Assembly (NCBI GenBank): GCA_026025075.1
Contig: JAPEUI010000059.1
Span: forward strand, 62,001-109,184
Reading direction: 5' to 3'
Source: Vezdaea acicularis
Taxonomy: Eukaryota
Length of the DNA: 47,184 nucleotides
The translations under genes and the position numbers were made by a program. This document shows positions 23,088 to 34,328 of the stretch, piece by piece (the stretch's first letter is position 1; every line of letters starts with the position of its first letter). The notes beneath the pieces were generated by a model. It was not told the DNA's origin. It worked only from the letters and a program-made list of their open reading frames with translations, and did not search any database.

Positions 23088-24490
23088 ATGCCTTGGGGTA
23101 TCAACAATCCGTTGCCCTCTTCTATGAGGAGTGAGTTACCCCGCCCTATTACGACTTGCAGGTACGGCTTCTCGTGATGTTGCGATCACTGATCGCAACC
23201 TAGGCGAATGCAAAAAGGCTGGAAAGATCCTAGCTTCCTTCGTCGACCCACGGCAAGCCTTCGGGCCTGATAAAGTCATCCCTCCTGAAATCCTCGCGAA
23301 TGCAAAGGTACGCTCAAGGCTCCGATAAGCTACCTCGCAAAGGTGAAGGGCGCACGCAAGCTGATCCTCGCTGCAATATAGGGCCTCGCTGTCATCACAG
23401 TCCTCAAGGCTGGCTTTCTCGGCTCTGCACGGGGCGGATCTGGGATCGTTATTGCAAGACTTGGAGATGGAAGCTGGTCTGCGCCGACTGCGATCGCGAC
23501 TGTCGGAGGAGGGTTCGGCGGCCAGATAGGCTTCGAGTTGACAGATTTCGTCTTCATTCTCAACGATGCATCGGCCGTGCGGGCTTTCGCGCAGCAAGGC
23601 TCGATAACTCTCGGGGGAAACGTCTCCCTCGCGGCTGGTCCCGTTGGGCGCAATGCCGAAGCGGCGGGTGCTGCTAGTCTTAAGGGCGTGGCGGGTATAT
23701 TCTCTTACTCGAAGACGAAGGGCTTGTTCGCTGGTGTTTCATTGGAGGGCAGTGTCTTGATTGAGCGGAGAGACGCTAATGAGAAGCTTTATGGGAGCCG
23801 TGTCACTGCACGGCAGCTTTTGGAGGGGAATGTCCCACCGCCCCCAGCCGCGGAACCACTGATGAGAGTGCTCAACTCTCGCGTTTTTGCTGGAGTGGCG
23901 GCGAGCGCCGCGGATGAAGATATATATAACGACATTCCAGTCTACGACGATTCTCACGACGATGTGGTGTGGGAAGGACGTAGGGGAAGCGGCTTTGGAG
24001 AAGGTGTCAGTCGCGATCGTACCGGCGCTGCAGCACCGAACGAGTACGAGAGGCCAAAGCGCGCTTCTACGTGGAAGGACGATCTCTATGATCGTGAACC
24101 CGCCAGTACAGGCGTCAGCCGAGCCCAGTCTACACGTGGCTTTGGAGAAGACAGAAGTACGAACGGGCGGTTTCGCAGTGGGAGTGACCTCGGGTCGAAA
24201 CCAACTCGACCAACGGCGCCCAAGCCAAAGTTTACTCCCAAACCCGTGGCATCGAATCTAGAGGCCGATCAAGCAGTCGCTTTATTCACGTTCGATCCCG
24301 TACAGGAAGGGGATCTAGGTTTCAAGAAAGGCGATGTGATCACCATCACGAAGCGGACCAACAGCAAAAACGATTGGTGGACAGGCAAGATTGGGCCCAG
24401 GACGGGTATATTTCCGAGGTACGCTCGAATGCAGTCCCAGGACTTGAAGCGTACTAACTGGCGCGTAGCAATTATGTCGACGTTGTCTAG
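23088..24490 (+). CDS. Ysc84/Lsb3/SH3YL1-family protein (SYLF/DUF500 + C-terminal SH3)
   Basis: MPWGINNPLPSS|ECKKAGKILASF, GGQIGFELTDFVFILN, GNVSLAAGPVGRNAEA and SKTKGLFAGVSLEGS. SH3 reads ALFTFD..QEGDLGFKKGD...DWWTG...GIFP|SNYV. Three introns; the last is 24419-24468. Confidence 0.95.
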
Positions 24491-25734
24491 AATGGGCAGG
24501 CTCTAGGTTGGTGGCTTCTTGGGTAGGGCGTCTCGATCTCGAGAGAACAGACTTTCATGGATTTCAGCATCTCATCTGCGCTTCTCTCTCTCTCTCTCAT
24601 TTTTATGATAAAGATGTATCCAATCTTTCTTGCGTTTCTCCTGTAGCAGAGCATGGCGTCTCTGGTGGCTTGCGTCTCCCTATCTCTCTATATGTGTTTA
24701 GGCGCGATATTGGATGTTGTCTCTAATTCCCACCTGCGGCGCTCGTTTTCGCGACCGCACCTCAAAATGACCACCGCTCGTTGGATGGCGCTGAGACGGT
24801 TCATTGTCTTGTATGTAACGAGCGCCCGGAGAGATAGGAAACCCGCTCTCCCTCATGCAGCGACCTTGCACCGATTCCATTGGACTTTTCGCATGTTCTA
24901 AATGAGGTCGAAGGATGGTATCAAATTCAATAATTGCCACACGAGTTCGTTCCGAGCCTCTTGATTTGCGGGTGGAAACGTGGCATGCCGACTTCGTTGG
25001 GTATGCAGCTTTGAGTTCCATAATCTTACCCTGCATCGCTTTGTGCCATCTCATGTGGCATCCCGGTTCGGGCGCAGATCTAGAGCCTGTCTCGGGTACC
25101 TAGTCCATCAAGACCCGAGATCCCCTATGTGGAGGTCTCAGGTACTTAAGGTCGCGCTGCTATCGCATTTTCTCGGTCGAAGTCATCACGTTCTCTAGAT
25201 CTGTTCATTGATTGTGTTTTTCCTTTGCGTGATCTTATGTTCAAACCGTTCTTAGATTTTCTTAACGGGTGCTGATTTGCATTGTGCTGGTGCTGGGCGC
25301 TTTGGATAGACTGGTTATAGACGGGTACGCGCAAGCATCATAGAGAGGTATTGGACAAGCACCACAAGAGCAGGATAACGTCTACCATTCCCTAAGCAGC
25401 ACATATTCCTGATCTATCAGACGATAGATTGTTTTGTACTTTTCCTTCTCGGTGCGGCTTCCTTATGCTCCTCTGTTGCAGACGTTTACTTCAACCCCTT
25501 ATAGGGTTACTGACCTAACTGAAAGTCGGCCTTCCCATGATTCACGCCCCCCTGCGGTTCAACACACCAGAATAATTAGGGCATCCTGACGAAATTAGCT
25601 CGCTTTGCACGTTTGGACTTTCTCGTTGGGCGTTTTCGCCTAGTATTGTTGTGGTGCTGGGTTAGGAAAGTAGGCGTTGGTGCCGCGCCCTGAACACGTT
25701 CACGATCCCTCCTTCCTCTCGAAACTTCTTCACC

Positions 25735-25757
25735 CACACACACACACACACGCACAC
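25735..25757. repeat. (CA)n microsatellite
   Basis: cacacacacacacacacgcacac upstream of the SDR start codon. Confidence 0.85.
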
Positions 25758-25859
25758 AAACTTAATCACAAATTCGTTCTCGACGCATTCGTTCTCACCA
25801 CTTCTATTCACGTTCACTTGGTTCATCCTTCTCTTTTCAGGATACTTCCCATAATCATA

Positions 25860-27315
25860 ATGTCTTTCAATCGTCTAGCCTTGCTAGGGATCCGTACCGG
25901 TCGCCCTCGGGCCATGGCTCCAATGAGCTTTAGTCGAATCTTCTTTAGGGGCAATGCTGATCAGAAGTCTGCTAAAGACTTCGTACCTGTGGTCCGGTAT
26001 ACCTCTACCGGTGAAAATCAGATCTTGAAAGTTCCTGGCACCGATGGCTTAAAGGGTAATGATACTGGCTCCGGCAAAATTGGTATTAAAAATCGATTCG
26101 AGTCTGTCCTGGCTGTGGAAGAAGATTTTGCTAAGGTTGAGATTGATATTCATGCTTCAGAAAAAGGTTCAAGTGCAAAGCCAGTCGGGTTTCGAATGAC
26201 ACCAGAATGCTTTAGAATTCTTCCTCCCACTCTGGCAAAGTTTACTTTGGTTAACAAGGTCGCTGTTATTACTGGGTGAGTCAGTTAGACTTCTGTTCAT
26301 TTACACTCTGTAAATGCGCAACAAGTATGCACAAGCATACTTTAGTTTAATCTCTTACTGGCTTCATTTGAATTTCACCCCACTAACTTTTGTAGTGGCG
26401 GTCGAGGACTCGGGTTCCATATGGCAGAAGCTCTTGCTGAAGTCGGTGCCAGTGCAATTGCCCTTCTTGATGTGAATAAAGATAATGGTGATGAAGCTGC
26501 GGCAGAGATAAACAAGAATTACGATGTGCCATGCACATTCTTTCAAGTTGACATCCGCCGAGGTGATGCCGTCGCCGAAGTTGTTGCCGAAGTGGTTCAA
26601 AAGTATGGCTCTGTCGATGTTCTCATTAATTCAGCTGGTATTGCAGAGTGAGTTGTAGCTCACTATTTCAAAGTATCTTTATTCCGTGATAACTGACCTT
26701 GGGATAGCTCTAATATCCCGGCACATACCTATGACCACAAGATGTTTGAGAGGCTTATTGATATCAATCTCAACGGCTGCTTCTATATCGCCCAAGCTGT
26801 TGGAAAAGAGATGATTAAGGCCGGAAATGGTGGCTCCATGGTATTCATTGCGTCTATGTCTGGTTCGATTGTCAACTATCCACAAGAACAGTCCTGTTAC
26901 AACGCTTCGAAGGCTGGTGTCATTCACCTCGCAAGGTCTCTCGCCGCCGAATGGGCTCAATTCGGTATCCGCGTTAATTGCATCTCCCCCGGATATATGG
27001 ATACGGCGTTGAACAAGGTGCCTGCTCTAGATGCACAGAAAAAAATCTGGAAGGACTTGACGCCCCAGAACCGCCTGGGGAATGTTGACGAGCTCAACAA
27101 CCTTGCTGTTTTCCTCGCGTCGCCCGGCTCATCGTTCATGACGGGCAACAATTGCATCATTGACGTAAGTTATCCCCTTGCAATATTTTGATATACTCGA
27201 GAGGTCTCCGACGTTTTGAATTGATGTAGACTTGAGATATTGGAGACCTCCAGAGTTTATGAATCAGGAGTGATCTGTGCTAACCTTGTCTTAGGGTGGC
27301 TACTCCCTATGGTAA
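25860..27315 (+). CDS. Short-chain dehydrogenase/reductase, D-arabinitol dehydrogenase/sorbose reductase-like, with N-terminal extension
   Basis: VAVITG|GGRGLG, INSAGIA, ASMSG..VNYPQEQSCYNASKAGV (YxxxK), IRVNCISPGYMDT and D|GGYSLW*. Introns 26277-26395, 26648-26707 and 27165-27294. Confidence 0.92.
27195..27256 (+). repeat. Imperfect inverted repeat (hairpin) inside SDR intron 3
   Basis: ACTCgaGAGGTCTCC...GGAGACCTCcaGAGT. The stem extends inward mainly by G-U pairs. Confidence 0.75.
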
Positions 27316-27365
27316 TTTGGGAGGTGGAATAGGGGCCGAGGGACGCCAAACCCAATTAGTGTTTT

Positions 27366-27368
<3 letters not shown>

Positions 27369-27404
<36 letters not shown>
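27369..27404. repeat. G36 homopolymer
   Basis: Uninterrupted G run ~55 nt after the SDR stop codon. Confidence 0.95.
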
Positions 27405-27405
<1 letters not shown>

Positions 27406-28051
27406 CGGGAGTTCGCGTGCTTTTAGATTGTGATGAATAGAATTTCTGCAGACTTTTCCCAGTGATTTCATGAATAGTGAAAGTTGAATGTTGCGTTTTG
27501 ATTTGGTGAGATCCTTCGCGAACAAAGACCCTGCCAGCTTAATGTTTCTTGGTTCTCTGACAATGGGAAACCCCCCAGAACGTCTGATCTCATTTCTCCA
27601 TGTATGAAGCGGTATCGGATTGTTCATCGAGAAGTAATCTTGCGCTTTTAGACCGTTCATCATTCATGTCGTGGTGAGCTCCTCATTAAACGGGGTGAAC
27701 TTTTTCAAATTTGCCAAGTCGGGGTAATATGAACAATGGGGGACATCCCCTTTCATGAGCGCAAGGCACTAACCTGAATATTTCGGTAACAACAGCAACA
27801 CCTTTACAGAACAAAGCAACCTTATACGTAAACAAGGGATACCCCTTGAAATTAGCTGATTTCAGGGACAACACCAACACAATTGTCGATATGAACATTG
27901 CTGAATCTTCTTGTATATATCGTATCATCAATTCAACTATGTTTAATTCTCCACAAAATCCACAACCACCTGCTAAATATCAACACTTTTCGACAATAAT
28001 CACACAACCTAGAACCCTCTCACCCAAAGTCTCGATTACCACAACGCCAAG

Positions 28052-28789
28052 ATGACCGCGTGGAAAGACTGCATGGTTGTTTTCTTCAAGAAGTGCGGGC
28101 ACATGCACTACACCTTCGCCCAGGTCGAGATCAAAGGCGTTCAAACCCATCCCGAGGTTCCTAACGTGGGACTTATGGCTTTCGACGGGCCCTGCGAGCC
28201 ATGCTTCAATCGTAGCGAGACAACTCCTCTTGACGATGCGACCCTCTTCGCGCTCTCCAGCGAGATAAACCGATGCGGAAGATTCTCTCGTACCGTCGAC
28301 CCTCTTGTTAACCATCTCAAGGCTAAGGGACTATTCACGTCCGGATTCGACATCACCAAATTTGAGGAAACACCCCTCGAATCCACAGGGCTCACGTCCC
28401 TTCAGATGCACTTCATGTACGGCTTCGGCCGCGGTCGCCTCGATCAATTCGCCGACTCCCTCGACCCGAAGCAGATCCTCAAATTGCACGAGGCCAAGCT
28501 CGAAGAACTCGGCAGCGTCATCCGACTTAACCACGAGTCTCGCCTCAAGCCCGGGACGATCGCAGCGGCGAGATTCCAGAAAGCGCAGGAGGATAACGAG
28601 CGCTACCGCGGCATGGTAGTGGGGAGATTGCTGGGGAACGCGATTGAGAAGACGGCGATTTTTGAGCCGGCGGGGAGCTTGCCTGGGGATGAGAGACTCT
28701 TCTGGGAAAGAATCTTTGAAGAGGAGACAGGCCCTTGGGGAAAAGGTGGCCGGTTCCAGGGGAAAGTGCGTCCGGCAACTGAGGCTTAG
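28052..28789 (+). CDS. Hypothetical protein (245 aa) with an N-terminal Cys/His cluster
   Basis: Single-exon ATG ORF with GC3-biased codons after an AT-rich promoter-like region. It carries C..V.F.KCGH and C.PC patterns. No family recognised. Confidence 0.65.
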   Translation: MTAWKDCMVVFFKKCGHMHYTFAQVEIKGVQTHPEVPNVGLMAFDGPCEPCFNRSETTPLDDATLFALSSEINRCGRFSRTVDPLVNHLKAKGLFTSGFDITKFEETPLESTGLTSLQMHFMYGFGRGRLDQFADSLDPKQILKLHEAKLEELGSVIRLNHESRLKPGTIAAARFQKAQEDNERYRGMVVGRLLGNAIEKTAIFEPAGSLPGDERLFWERIFEEETGPWGKGGRFQGKVRPATEA

Positions 28790-29112
28790 GGGTGAGATTT
28801 GGGGTGGGGAGCGGATGCTAAGGAGGCCTGGCGTGAGCAGTTAGATGGGCGGTCTCTTGGGGAATTTTGGGCCGTACTTTATGGGTCCCGGTCTTCATCC
28901 TGATTTTTAAACTACTTGAATGTCTATTAGACTGGAACGGGCTTCCTTAGCCGTCCTGTAGCTGGCCCTTCATATAGTTAGAGCAGCTAGACCCCTTAAT
29001 TCGAGGATCCTCTCATGGTGATAACCCCTTTAGCAGTGCGACCTTTGGGTATAGAATTTTGATTAACGCTGAAACCTGAGAAATATATTTGAAAGCACAT
29101 CCTAAGGTAGGT

Positions 29113-30036
29113 TCATATGGTCTTGATTCCCCAGTCGTCCCACTCTTCGGGATCAGAATCATCCTCACCATCGCTTTCTGTCTTGCTAGGACCTGCAGGC
29201 ACAACATTCCCCTCGACCACAGCATCTGCTTGTGCGTTTTTCTTTCTCAATTCCTCGCGCTTTTCTTTCAATCGCTTGACCCGCATCTCATACGTCTCCA
29301 TCTGATCAAATTCTTCCTCTAGCTGACGCGCAGCATCCTCTTTCTCGCCTTCTATCTCCGCCTCTCTCCTCTCCTTCCGTTGTGCGTTTGCTTCCTCAAT
29401 CGAGCGGGCGGCTAGCTCAGCAGCGCTGACCGCTGGTGCTGATATCACAGCATTGGAATTCAAGGCATCGGGAGCTGGGGCCACCGCAATCTCACGCTCG
29501 AATGCCGCCCACTCATCTTCATCAACCGTATCGTTTGTGGGAGGGGCCTGGTCGACTAAAGGTGATTTGTGAGGCTCTGTAGTACTGGCAGCAGGTACAA
29601 CGTTCAAAGGTCTTCCTAGAGATTCAGCCTTGCTCTCTGCCTCAACTAGCCGACTGTTCTCATCACTTTCAGCTATGGGCGCAATGCCGTCGTTTGATCC
29701 TAGAAGAAGCTCTACAGGCACGGGCTCTGCTGCTTTCGAGCGCTTCCTGTCTAGGTCGTCGTCGTCGTCGTCATCATCATTAGCCTTCCGCTTCTTGCTG
29801 TCGTTCACAAGTGGCAATGACTGCACTGGCGGTCGACTTGGTAAACCAGCTTGGAACTTCTGAAGGTTCTTGACATGTCCCGGTGACCGTAAATGCCCCT
29901 CCCATAATTTTTCTGATTTTAGTTGTAGGTGACAGATGTTGCAGGAAAGGGAGCCTCCTATTGAGTATGCAGCTTGAGGGTGGTTGATGCGTCTAGATGC
30001 ACGTTCATTCCGGAGCATCGACCTTACATCAGCCAT
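29113..30036 (-). CDS. ZNF830/CCDC16-like spliceosome-associated zinc-finger coiled-coil protein
   Basis: MADVRSMLRNERASRRINHP.A.Y, C..C...KSE.LW..H..S..H zinc finger, VDEDEWAAFERE, a coiled coil and an acidic WDDW tail. Confidence 0.8.
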   Translation of the reverse strand: MADVRSMLRNERASRRINHPQAAYSIGGSLSCNICHLQLKSEKLWEGHLRSPGHVKNLQKFQAGLPSRPPVQSLPLVNDSKKRKANDDDDDDDDLDRKRSKAAEPVPVELLLGSNDGIAPIAESDENSRLVEAESKAESLGRPLNVVPAASTTEPHKSPLVDQAPPTNDTVDEDEWAAFEREIAVAPAPDALNSNAVISAPAVSAAELAARSIEEANAQRKERREAEIEGEKEDAARQLEEEFDQMETYEMRVKRLKEKREELRKKNAQADAVVEGNVVPAGPSKTESDGEDDSDPEEWDDWGIKTI

Positions 30037-30871
30037 GTTGGGCTTAATTGCTTAGTGAGCTCAATCCCTTAAAGAAGCGGTAGACTTGTGTCGAAGCATG
30101 ATATCCTGCTTCGGGAATTTCGACTGTATTGGTGCTGGATGTTTTGCATTGTGAGCAAACAGATGTCCTGGATTTGAAACACTGGCGCAAGGATTCGGAG
30201 ACATCCGTTGATGCTATTACGACCAACCAATCACACTAATGTCAATGGCAAGCTGCGTTTAAGACGAACAACAAAGCAGATTCAAGAGCAGAACCAAACT
30301 TAGACATATTGGCTGTCACAGCTCTACACCTACGACTGATCCGTTATAGGTGTTCAATCAGGACACGACTTGTCACGTGCCTGACTAGAGTTCTTTCATT
30401 CTGCTCGCTAATCATTGTAGTGCAGATTTGCCTCCACCTACTCTCCACGTCAAAATCTCATCTACTTTCAACTTATCATCAACCGCCAAATATCTCATAG
30501 CATCCACAGTTGTGTGTGCATATCTCGTGTGTGATAATTTGACCTAGAAGTGCACTTGTATCCCTCGGCCGCAGTACCAACCACATAAACTGAGGCAGGG
30601 TGACGTTGGACCTGGGAATTGAGAGTACTCGTTGCTGGTTAAATCTAGTCTGTGACGAATTGTGACTGAAAGACCCTTGGATTGGTGCACTACTAGCCAT
30701 TGAAAGGGCGGTTATACTTGTGTACTCTATCTGCATCGAGTCTCCGTGTTTCACGCATTCAGATCCTGTCTGTAGAAGCAAGCATTAATGCACGCGACTA
30801 TCTGTCTCTGTCGTAAAGTCTAGTAATATACAGCCTGAGACAGTAGACCATCTACCGTGACTGAGAGCATA

Positions 30872-33623
30872 ATGGCTGGTAAGTCTGCCCATGGTGTAAT
30901 ACCACAGAGCGTTCATGCACTGGCCCAAGCTAGGGTTACGTTTGGTGATTACAGCAGCTAACATTTCTATTCTAGATGAGCCTCGACGCTCCGGTCGCGC
31001 GACCAAAGGTCAACATACCAAAAAGATTGACGAGCCTACTCTAGCGGCTACGAAGACTTCAAAGCGCGGCTCCAAAGCATCTAAGAATGTTGAGTCCGAA
31101 GCAACACCCGAAGAGGAGGGGGAGACTATCATCCGCTGTGTTTGCGGTGCTACGGAGGAAGTGGATGATGAAGAGCGTATGATGATATCCTGCGACAACT
31201 GCACTGCTTGGCAGCATAACGAGTGTATGGGGGTCACTGAAGATGAAGATGCTATACCCGAAAAGTATCTATGTGAACGATGTGGTCCTGAACATCACAA
31301 AGATTTGCTCGCGAAGGTCGCTAAAGGGGAAAGGCCTTGGGAGGACGTTGCTCGCGCAAGAGAGCAACGCGAAGAGGAAGAAAAGGCCCGAAAGAAGAAG
31401 GGTGGAAGGAAAGGCAAGGGCTCAAAGAAAGCTCGAGGTGGTGACATCAAGTCTGAGATCAGTACTCCTTTGAAAGGAACGCCAGAGGTGGATAACGGTG
31501 ATATCTCTATGACAGATGCTCCTGCTGTCTCTCTGCAAAGCGGGAGCAAGTCAGACGTGGTATCTGGCAAAAGGAAAAGTAGGGGTGAGATAGAAGGCAG
31601 TCAGCCTGATGGACCAGAGACTGTAAGCATCATGATCTGAGAAGGCAACCTACGTTCTTGACTAACGTCTGCCTTGCAGCAACGGACAAAAAACCGCAGA
31701 GTATCTGAATCGCTCGCCCCTGGGACGAAGCAAGAAAGATCAGGGTCGAAAATATCAAGAGATCAGTCTGCAGTCCCGACAAGAAACGGCAGTAAAGATC
31801 CAAAGACAGGAGCAAAAACAAGTGGTAGTCCCGAAAAAGCGTCTGAAGAAGGTCGCAGGAAGATTGCCGACTGGTTTGCTCGAACCTTAATCGATCTAAT
31901 TCCCAAGGCTATATCAAACGGAGCATACTCGTTGCCCGAGGGTCAGACAGCGAATGAAGTTGCGAGCAAGCTAGGTACGGAGATCGAGCGTGCAATTTTT
32001 ATCAACCATGCCGGTCCTAGAGGAGATCTGAAGGGAAAATATCAGGAACAGTTTCGGTCAATGTCAGCGAACCTAAAGCAGAATCCAGCCCTTCGGGATG
32101 AGTTGCTGCAGAAAAAACTAAGTCCCGGTGACTTTTCGCTCATGTCCACGGAGCAGATGGCTCATGCAGAACTTCAAAAGCAGACTGCTATAATGAAAGA
32201 GCAGGTCGAAAAACAACACATAATCGTACAAGAAAGCGGACCGCGCTATAGGCGGACACATAAAGGGGATGAGATTATCGAAGATAGCCAGGATCACTCT
32301 GGCGCAAATGACACAATCTTTACTGGACAGGCAGTTCAGCGAAGGCAGAGCGCTATCAGCCCCGTAGAAGAACGCCCCACAAGTCCTTCCGCGACAAGTC
32401 CTCGAAGTCCTGGGATCGAACTGCCCGCAGAGTTTAATCGTCACTATATCTCAGGACCTGACTCACCAATCCAACCCAAGCTACCGCGTATTGACACTCA
32501 AACATCCTTACCGGCAGGAGAGCATGGGACAAAGTCGTCTGCCTCTACCTTTGACGTTCAGAATGTATGGTCTAAGGTACAGTCAGCAAGTACCGATAAG
32601 TCACGCCCCACAATACCGGTTCAGAGTCGCCCTGTATATCAGCCGACGCAAGCAAACAATGATCCAGGCCACGACCCTGAAGTTGACGAGCTTTTACGCG
32701 ATGACGATCTAGAGTCTCCACCATACTCTCCTACCGACCATGACGCTGACCCGACCGTAGTATGGCGAGGAAAGGTTTCCATGGCTAAAGTGGCGGACTG
32801 CCCTGCGGTTGCGCGCTATGTGGCAGGGGGCGATATTAGTAAAAGGATCCCATGGTCCCAGCTTTTACCTCCAGTCATGACAGTCGAAGGTCGCATCCAG
32901 ATTGATCGTGCGAGTGAATATCTCTGTGGTCTCCAATGGAGTAATTCGACTGATGTCATCGTCCTCGCTCTCACCCCAACAAACGGCACTGACGGAGAGA
33001 CCGAGTTTGCAAAGCTCTGGGAATACTTTCATTCTCGTCAACGGTATGGCGTGGTAGGAAAAAACCACCTTGCTGCTATTAGAGACATCTACATCATCAC
33101 GGTAGGGTCCGGCGCGGAAAAGCTCCCAGAATTCATGGAAATTCTTCAACATAACAGTGTTCCGACACCTCGCTCAGACCCCATGATCCTTATCACTGTC
33201 GTAGTCAGGACCGTCACATCTTCTGCCCAGGGTACGCCCAGAAGTGCGGGCGGAGCAGCAGGCTCTCCATATTCTGCAGGCCTTTCTGGCGGCCAACCTG
33301 GGTCTGCAATGTCACCAACCGGCCCAGTATCATTTGATAGTGGCAGCGGTCATCAAACAGATTTTGGCAGTCCCATCAACCCGCAAGCCTCATTGCAGCA
33401 ATCCTACCCACCCACTCCGGATACCTCACTAGCTGCGCAGGTTCTCGGACCCTTGGTAAATACGCCCGCTATCAAGGAACTTCTCAGGCAAGGTGCGGGT
33501 GCCCTTGATCAGAACCAACTTCTTGTCGTAAAGATGATAATGGAGAGGGCTCCAGCGACCCAGAATGACCTTGACCTGCTAGGGCAAATGATCGTTCAGC
33601 ATAGTGCTGAGAGCGGACGATGA
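30872..33623 (+). CDS. BYE1: BYE1-like transcription factor (PHD + TFIIS central + SPOC)
   Basis: Exons 30872-30878, 30976-31622 and 31680-33623 give MA|DEPRRSGRATKG. PHD IRCVCG...MISCDNCTAWQHNECMG...YLCERC, TFIIS-M region with RRTHKG, SPOC VVWRG...EGRI...A.EYL. Confidence 0.88.
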
Positions 33624-34054
33624 ATCAATGTGGGAACGAGATAGTAGTGGCCCACGGCATCATCTTATCACTCTCCACAAAACTCGCCTGCTTCATATAC
33701 TTTAATTCCTGGGAAGGTTTCTTTTGTACGTGGGCGGATTTGGGCATCGTACAATGGAGGCGGCAATTTCTGGAGAAAGGTCGTCTTTGGGACACAGACC
33801 TGTCAAGCATGTCGCGCTGGTTTCTGAAGCATAGTCCTGACTAATTTAGTCACAATCTAGGGTTATCAGACTGTATTATAGATTCTAAAGTCGTTTTGAA
33901 ACACTTTGTTGACGTCAAGGAAAACGGTTCCACACCAAGCTATAAAGCTACCCTGGTTTAAGACTGCTAACTCGGTTGACTCTTTCATTATACTATATTC
34001 ATATTTTCAACACTGTAATATATCTTTAGTTACTTCTTCTCTTGGACCGTATTA

Positions 34055-34190
34055 CGGAGGCACAGGCCTTAAAGATTGTTAGCACGGACGGGAGGTACCC
34101 CCTTGCCAACAGAATTACCTCCGCACTGTTTCCTTGGTGCCGGGGTTGCCACTCTGCCCGAGCTAACCATCTTTAAGGCTTGTGCCTCCG
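34055..34190. mobile_element. Putative MITE / foldback element (136 bp, ~33 bp TIR, TA-flanked)
   Basis: Left arm CGGAGGCACAGGCCTTAAAGATTGTTAGCACGG matches the reverse complement of the right arm at 30/33 positions. TA at 34053-54 and 34191-92. No coding capacity. Confidence 0.65.
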
Positions 34191-34328
34191 TAATTGCATG
34201 GTCGACCCAGGTACTGGTGAATGGCGGTATTTACCGATGACGTGCAGACTTGTCAAATCACATCAGAACTGCGCTTTCGCGCTCCTCCATCAGTACTCAC
34301 CCATGAAAATGTGACTTCCCATGCCACC

